IMG/VR virus record: IMGVR_UViG_3300025502_000007
Length of the DNA: 64,000 bases
From: an uncultured virus (IMG/VR IMGVR_UViG_3300025502_000007)
Lineage: Duplodnaviria; Heunggongvirae; Uroviricota; Caudoviricetes
Strand: one strand, 5' to 3'
Below, piece by piece: positions 58,698 through 64,000 of this stretch. The notes under the pieces are model-generated. The model saw nothing but the letters and a program-made list of their open reading frames with translations, ran no database searches and was not told the DNA's origin. Position 1 is the first letter of the stretch. Each line of letters starts with the position of its first letter. A program made the translations under genes and the position numbers.

Positions 58698-59597
58698 ATG
58701 CCATCTGGCTGCACCATATACAACATATACCCACAAGACACGCCTAACGAAGGAAGGAATAAAATTAACGACAATTTTATGTGCCTGGCCACAGGAAGTG
58801 TTACTGGGTTTTCAGGTAGTTTTTTCACTAACTCAGACCCCACAACGATTGATGCAGGTGGTATTGATGCAGGAACAACATTCGGGGGAAATTTCGATGT
58901 TCAACAAATGTTCGACCTTCTGTTGTACCCCTTTCAACATCCTGCTTTTTCAGCATTTGAAATAGATAGCCAAGCGGTGGTTGTAGAGGCGGGAGTGTCT
59001 ATATCAGGAACAAAAACATTCACTTGGACCACAACTAACTCTGCTAACGTACTAGGAAATACGTTATTAATCGTGGACACAACCAACACAGCCACACTTG
59101 GTTCATCTTTAGCTGATGACAGCACAGAAAACTTGGCACTAGGAGCAACGATTCAGAAAACAACTCCTGGGTCTCACGAATGGACAATAAAAGGAACAGA
59201 TTCAGAGAGTGTAGATTTTTCAAAAACATTTACAATGGAGTGGAGATGGAAGATGTATTACGGAACCTCAACAAACACAGCTTTAAACGAAACGCAAATT
59301 GAAGCTCTTTCAGAGGATTCTTTAGTTGTTTCAATTGCTGGCACATGGACACTTGCTGCTGGTGGATATAAATACTTCTGTGTACCTGACTCATTTGATG
59401 CAATAAACACAATCAAAGATGACCAAACAGGGTTCAACTTGGTAATGGCAGGCACAGCAGAGGGGTATGCAAGTTCTGAAAATGGATTCCACTATAAAAC
59501 CGTATCCGTGACTAACGGGAACTCTCAAACAACAAATTACAGGATATATAGGACTAAGAATATTCTAGGCGCGGCAATTGATATAACGATTACATAA
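58698..59597 (+). CDS. virion structural/fibre-associated protein
   Basis: 299 aa, Thr/Ser-rich beta protein; GRNKINDNF N-terminal motif; CTATTTAT upstream. Confidence 0.6.
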   Translation: MPSGCTIYNIYPQDTPNEGRNKINDNFMCLATGSVTGFSGSFFTNSDPTTIDAGGIDAGTTFGGNFDVQQMFDLLLYPFQHPAFSAFEIDSQAVVVEAGVSISGTKTFTWTTTNSANVLGNTLLIVDTTNTATLGSSLADDSTENLALGATIQKTTPGSHEWTIKGTDSESVDFSKTFTMEWRWKMYYGTSTNTALNETQIEALSEDSLVVSIAGTWTLAAGGYKYFCVPDSFDAINTIKDDQTGFNLVMAGTAEGYASSENGFHYKTVSVTNGNSQTTNYRIYRTKNILGAAIDITIT

Positions 59598-61036
59598 TGG
59601 GAGCAATACCAGGAAGTGTTAGAGTAACAGGGTTTATAGCCCCTACGGACAGTGAGGATACTTATCCAGTAACCGACACAATTTATGGCGTTGATGGATT
59701 AAGAAATTTCTCAGGAGACAGTTCTGTCCTCTCTGGAATTACAGTTCAAAGACGTAGAGCTGGTATGATTGCTGGAACCATTTCTAATGGTGTCCGAATG
59801 TATTATAGACTTAATTCGACGCCCTGGGACTACACTTCAAGTGATTGGGCGCAGTTAACGCTATATGATTACACAGGGCAAACAAACTTTACAAGTGTTG
59901 AGTCTGCATATTGGAAATCTGGGTCCACAGCCACATCGTTGCTAACAATCCAGGGAGATAATACAGCAACAAGCCCATATTCATTTGTGGGTGGAGGTAG
60001 TGGGAATACTGCTTCAGCCTTATACTCATCAGCTGGAGGACTCTCAAACACAGCCTCTGGAAACTCTCAAGTGGTTATTGGCCGATATGCGCAGCCACAA
60101 GGGACTAATTCTTTTACAGCAACTGACTACGGGATGATTCTTGGGGGAGGAACAGGAGCGGGCGAACGAGCCAACGCTGCGGCAATCACTTGGGAAGGTA
60201 TGATTCAAATGCGAGGATTTTCTGGAGCAACGCTTCCCTCAACAAACACTTCTGACGGAGCCATAGCGTATTCTGCAAACACAGGCCTTTTTCAATATAT
60301 AAATGGAGCATGGACTGGGCTCACATCAGGAGGTGGAAATAAAAGCTGGCAAGAAACCATTATTCAAAACAACATAGTAACTGAGGGCTCTCCAACAATT
60401 TCTGGCGAATCCCTAACTTTTAGAACATCTTCTGGCGCCCGTGATTGGTGCGTTCGCGCTGATTCAGACGACATCTTCATGATTACAGGAGATACTTATG
60501 GAGCTCTTAGATATGTTGGGAAAACACTTGACATCCTTAGAGAAGATGGCGTATTCTTTAAATCAGGAAGTCAAACAAACGGAAATGGTTTTATATCAGC
60601 TTACAATGGAACACGAATGGCTGGGCTCGACTTTAGTTCATTACTCACAGCTGATAGAAACTGGAGTCTTCCAGATGCTTCTGGGACAATAGCGCTAGTA
60701 TCTCAATTAACAGGAAACACAGGTGGAGCACCACAGACTCTTGCATTCAACACGACCACTATTTGGAATTTAGAGTTCGGACATAATGCTTTCTTAATCC
60801 TTACTGCAGATACCACTTTAAATGTAAGTAACGTATCTGCAGGAGACTACGGCACCCTTCTAGTGAAGCAAGATGCTTCAGGCGGACACGCCTTAGCTCC
60901 TCCAGGGAGCTCAGCTGTTGTTAATGGAGCAGGAGGGTTGCTTAACATCACTTCAAATAGCGGTAGTGAAGATATTGTTACATTCTACTACACAGGAACC
61001 AAATACTACTGGACCATAGGTGGAGATTATACTTAA
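59597..61036 (+). CDS. tail fibre-like protein
   Basis: 479 aa; YadA-head-like repeats (NTATSPYSFVGGGSGNTASALYS), RNWSLPDASGTIAL, C-terminal TLLVKQDASG domain. Confidence 0.65.
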   Translation: MGAIPGSVRVTGFIAPTDSEDTYPVTDTIYGVDGLRNFSGDSSVLSGITVQRRRAGMIAGTISNGVRMYYRLNSTPWDYTSSDWAQLTLYDYTGQTNFTSVESAYWKSGSTATSLLTIQGDNTATSPYSFVGGGSGNTASALYSSAGGLSNTASGNSQVVIGRYAQPQGTNSFTATDYGMILGGGTGAGERANAAAITWEGMIQMRGFSGATLPSTNTSDGAIAYSANTGLFQYINGAWTGLTSGGGNKSWQETIIQNNIVTEGSPTISGESLTFRTSSGARDWCVRADSDDIFMITGDTYGALRYVGKTLDILREDGVFFKSGSQTNGNGFISAYNGTRMAGLDFSSLLTADRNWSLPDASGTIALVSQLTGNTGGAPQTLAFNTTTIWNLEFGHNAFLILTADTTLNVSNVSAGDYGTLLVKQDASGGHALAPPGSSAVVNGAGGLLNITSNSGSEDIVTFYYTGTKYYWTIGGDYT

Positions 61037-61042
61037 TAACAC

Positions 61043-62581
61043 ATGTTCAATAGCTTTTCATTTTCACAAGGACAGTCGTCTAAACGTATTGGCTTCACTT
61101 ATTCAGGTGAGGCAATATATTACAGGGTTAATAACAATTTGTTTTCTACAAACAGAAGAAGTAGAACAGAGTTTTCAACACTGGGATATGCCGTTGCTGG
61201 GGACGATGTAGACCTCCGACCCACAACAACTGGATACACAGGAGCAATCGTGTTTGACAGAGACAACATGATGCAAGATATTTTTTGGACTACAACTGGA
61301 GCAACAGATAGCTTAATCGGAACTTTTGATTTATCTTCTCAATCACAACTAAGGGGTAGTGTTCAAATTGCTGGACACCATAATCTTACAAAGATAATTT
61401 TTCCTAGTGATGTAAATCCAGTAGATAAATCAAATAGTGCAATAACAACTTTTTCTGTTTTTGCAAACGATTTGAGAAACTTAGACATATCTGGTTTTCA
61501 CAATATAGGTGAAGACTCAGACAATAGCTTTGTTAGAGTTAGGACAAATTTTAATTTAACCGCTGTCACATGGCCAAGCACAATTTACCGCGTTTCTTTA
61601 TCTATACGTGATACAATGTTAACAAATGAAAATTTAAGCCCCTTTTCCGCTCTTACAGCGCTTGATGCATATCCGCTGTCGACACTATCTGCAATAACAT
61701 TTCCAACGAATATAATCAGCGCAGCTACAGGGGTTTGGCAATTTCAGTCTACAAAGTTAACCGATTTAGACATGAGCGTAATGGGACCCAATTTTGGCGG
61801 CTCTATCAACTTATTTGGAAATACGTCACTCACCGCAGTAACTTTTCCGAGCTGTTCAAATAGTGTAAGCACAGTGTTTATGCAATCAAACGGATATAAT
61901 GCCACTGACACAGTCGACCTAAGCCCTATGAGTGGGATAGCAGGAAGTATAACCATTAGAAACCAGTCAAACGGAAGTGTATTATTTGGACCATCCTCTA
62001 GGTCTATTGTTTTAATGTCTTTAAATAGTAACTCAAATTTACAAGATTTAGATTTCTCTATGCTCAGTAATGTTAATACTGATTTTAGGATTAACAACAA
62101 CAGTGTCTTATCTGGGATGACATTAGGAGGTTGGAGCAACAGTATTTCTTTATTTCAAGTGTTCTCAAACCCTCTTTTAGCAACCTTAGACATTTCTAAC
62201 GTTACTGGGTTAAGAGGGTTTATCAGGCTTCATTCAAACGCCTCCTTAACTGCCACAACACTTCCTACCATAGCAAACACAGTGACAAACCTCGAATTAT
62301 ATAACTGCCCTGAGCATGGATATTTAGATATGAAGCCAATATCAGGAAGTTCAAGCAACGATATTACTCTCCAGTTTGATGACAACTCGAATTGGGATGA
62401 AACAGTGTCAAATCACATACTTCACGACCTTGATAACTTCGGGTGGACTGGAGGTTCTTTATCTATGTCAGGCACAACAAGTGGGTATGATACATCTAGT
62501 GGTGGCATTAATGGGTTTAGTCATTATCAAAGTTTAACGGGAAAATCTTGGACCATTATAATGAGCGGTTTAACAAGCTAA
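61043..62581 (+). CDS. LRR-like repeat adhesin / receptor-binding protein
   Basis: About 44-aa repeats of the form N-x2-LTA[VI]TFP...L-x2-LD[IMF]S. Confidence 0.6.
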   Translation: MFNSFSFSQGQSSKRIGFTYSGEAIYYRVNNNLFSTNRRSRTEFSTLGYAVAGDDVDLRPTTTGYTGAIVFDRDNMMQDIFWTTTGATDSLIGTFDLSSQSQLRGSVQIAGHHNLTKIIFPSDVNPVDKSNSAITTFSVFANDLRNLDISGFHNIGEDSDNSFVRVRTNFNLTAVTWPSTIYRVSLSIRDTMLTNENLSPFSALTALDAYPLSTLSAITFPTNIISAATGVWQFQSTKLTDLDMSVMGPNFGGSINLFGNTSLTAVTFPSCSNSVSTVFMQSNGYNATDTVDLSPMSGIAGSITIRNQSNGSVLFGPSSRSIVLMSLNSNSNLQDLDFSMLSNVNTDFRINNNSVLSGMTLGGWSNSISLFQVFSNPLLATLDISNVTGLRGFIRLHSNASLTATTLPTIANTVTNLELYNCPEHGYLDMKPISGSSSNDITLQFDDNSNWDETVSNHILHDLDNFGWTGGSLSMSGTTSGYDTSSGGINGFSHYQSLTGKSWTIIMSGLTS

Positions 62582-62595
62582 CACTATTTATAGAT

Positions 62596-63342
62596 ATGGA
62601 ACTCAAATTAAAAAAAATAGATTGGAGATTACCTCCACACGAACTTAAAGCTAATATTGATGGCAATTTCACACAACTTACTTTTGCTTTCAAATCTCTG
62701 CTAAAAGAGCTAGATTCTAATGCTTCTAAGCTAAAGTGTGAAGATGATAACTTCGTGGTTTCTGAGCCAAAAGGAGAGAGTCTTACTTATGGTTTAAAAC
62801 TGAACCACAAGCTTAATATAACTAACATAGAAGGAGATGAAGCTAGTTTTAAAAAAATTGATTCACTTCTATTAAAGACTTCCTCAATAGAGGCGGGCTT
62901 GATTAAGTCTGATTCGAAAGAGCTTTCCATCGATGGAACTCTAAATTACAACAAAGAGCACGCTGCTGTTACTTTAGGGGTAGAACACGAGTTCACAACT
63001 GGACCTTACCAGAAAACAAGGCTTAGAATAGCTCCGAAAAAAGATACGCCTGCATATCACAGTTTAGTAATACAATCAAAAGCAGGAGAAAAAAAGAATG
63101 CTTTTCAAGATTCAACCACACACTTGGTTGTAAAAGGCGATGGCAGTGTCGGCATAGGAGCCTTTCATAAGCTAGGCGCCAAGCTAACATTAAGCGGAGA
63201 AGGCCCTCTTCTTTGTCTAAGAGACTCAACAACTCCAACGTCAAAAGACAAGTCTCCAATCGGAACATTTGCTTGGGATGATGTTTTCTTCTACATCAAA
63301 ACAAATACAGGATGGAAGAAAACTAAGCTTGACAATCTGTAA
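62596..63342 (+). CDS. fibre-associated structural protein
   Basis: ATG at 62596, 4 nt after TATTTAT; LVVKGDGSVGIG and GTFAWDDVFFYIKTNTGWKK are fibre-type motifs. Confidence 0.55.
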   Translation: MELKLKKIDWRLPPHELKANIDGNFTQLTFAFKSLLKELDSNASKLKCEDDNFVVSEPKGESLTYGLKLNHKLNITNIEGDEASFKKIDSLLLKTSSIEAGLIKSDSKELSIDGTLNYNKEHAAVTLGVEHEFTTGPYQKTRLRIAPKKDTPAYHSLVIQSKAGEKKNAFQDSTTHLVVKGDGSVGIGAFHKLGAKLTLSGEGPLLCLRDSTTPTSKDKSPIGTFAWDDVFFYIKTNTGWKKTKLDNL

Positions 63343-63372
63343 TTCTCTTATCATTTTTAGTAAAACACAATC

Positions 63373-63552
63373 ATGACAGCAAACGACGCAATTATCAACT
63401 TGGTAAATTACCTTGAGATGGCTCAATCCAGAGGGACTTACACCCTTCGAGAAGCAAGAGAAATCGCGAACACTATAGACTTTCTGGCGCAGCCACTTCC
63501 TGAAGCAAAAAAAAGTCAGAACTCTGGCGAGCCTGACTTAAAAGTTGATTAA
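63373..63552 (+). CDS. small hypothetical protein (59 aa, below the ORF-track cutoff)
   Basis: MTANDAIINLVNYLEMAQSRGTYTLREAREIANTIDFL...; fills the intergenic gap. Confidence 0.6.
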   Translation: MTANDAIINLVNYLEMAQSRGTYTLREAREIANTIDFLAQPLPEAKKSQNSGEPDLKVD

Positions 63553-63566
63553 AATTCTTTACTCTA

Positions 63567-63926
63567 CTAAGTATCTAAGGAGGAGATAAATTTTCTAATT
63601 AAACCCTTAGCTTTCTTCGTTGAAATATTTTCGTAGTCATCACTTGATTTAAACTCACTGTGCCCCTCGCTAATTAGTTCGTCTACAACCATGATTTCAA
63701 ATGTTTCATTTGTAAGGTCATAAAGCACGGAGTCTTCTTCGCGTGATTTAAAACTTTTTTGCTCAAAATCTTCAACAGTCATCCCTTCTTTATTAGCTTC
63801 GTCACTCTTTTGTTCCTCATAGGATTCACTCAAATGCTTAAATGAATCGTTTTGAAGCGACTTTAGATTGACCCCCTCGGAAAGTCCGAGCAGCTCCATG
63901 TTGCGTTGTTTGGTTGACTTATTCAT
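63567..63926 (-). CDS. acidic probable internal head protein
   Basis: 119 aa; RNMELLGLSE, LSES, KGLIRKFI; CTATTTAT at 63944-63951 (minus). Confidence 0.6.
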   Translation of the reverse strand: MNKSTKQRNMELLGLSEGVNLKSLQNDSFKHLSESYEEQKSDEANKEGMTVEDFEQKSFKSREEDSVLYDLTNETFEIMVVDELISEGHSEFKSSDDYENISTKKAKGLIRKFISSLDT

Positions 63927-64000
63927 AGCCGTTGTTGTTTCCTATAAATAGGCGAGAAAAACACCTATCAATAAGCGTTTATATTGCTAAATAAATCCTT

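Noticed and set aside
1..64000. Stop-codon reassignment
   Set aside because: Long ORFs tile the window in the standard code, and TAA, TAG and TGA all terminate genes at sensible boundaries.

Overview
A 64-kb segment of a large tailed (jumbo, myovirus-like) phage genome in standard genetic code. A Bacteroidota host is inferred from TAnnTTTG-type promoters, A-rich leaders without Shine-Dalgarno sites, an Hc1-like protein and a DUF6576-like protein. 1-20.8 kb: baseplate/tail structural module, including a two-gene inverted block and paralogous collar/baseplate proteins. 20.8-34.5 kb: DNA metabolism (RuvC-like resolvase, metallophosphoesterase, fused Mre11-Rad50/SbcDC, Cas4/RecB-like nuclease, SNF2 helicase with a LAGLIDADG intein). 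35-57 kb: amidase endolysin, phage-encoded IF3, a D-armless tRNA-like RNA, probable internal head proteins and multidomain polyproteins (ADP-ribosyltransferase, kinase, GNAT, papain-like, ParB), and PcfJ-like proteins. 58.7-63.5 kb: fibre/adhesin module. Most notable observations: (1) three protein-less IS200/IS605 mini-elements that keep both ends, the TTTAT target motif and the TnpB omega-RNA, each with a different guide; (2) a D-armless tRNA-like element with a CAU anticodon and long variable arm, upstream of an operon ending in infC; (3) a probable -1 frameshift extension of a head protein; (4) a shared capsid-targeting and I/L-x-E cleavage grammar in the effector polyproteins; (5) a pervasive [S/T]-[G/A]-x-[S/T] motif in a subset of virion proteins; (6) a TATTTA late-promoter motif at 18 sites. 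All family assignments come from motif recognition by eye; no database searches were run.
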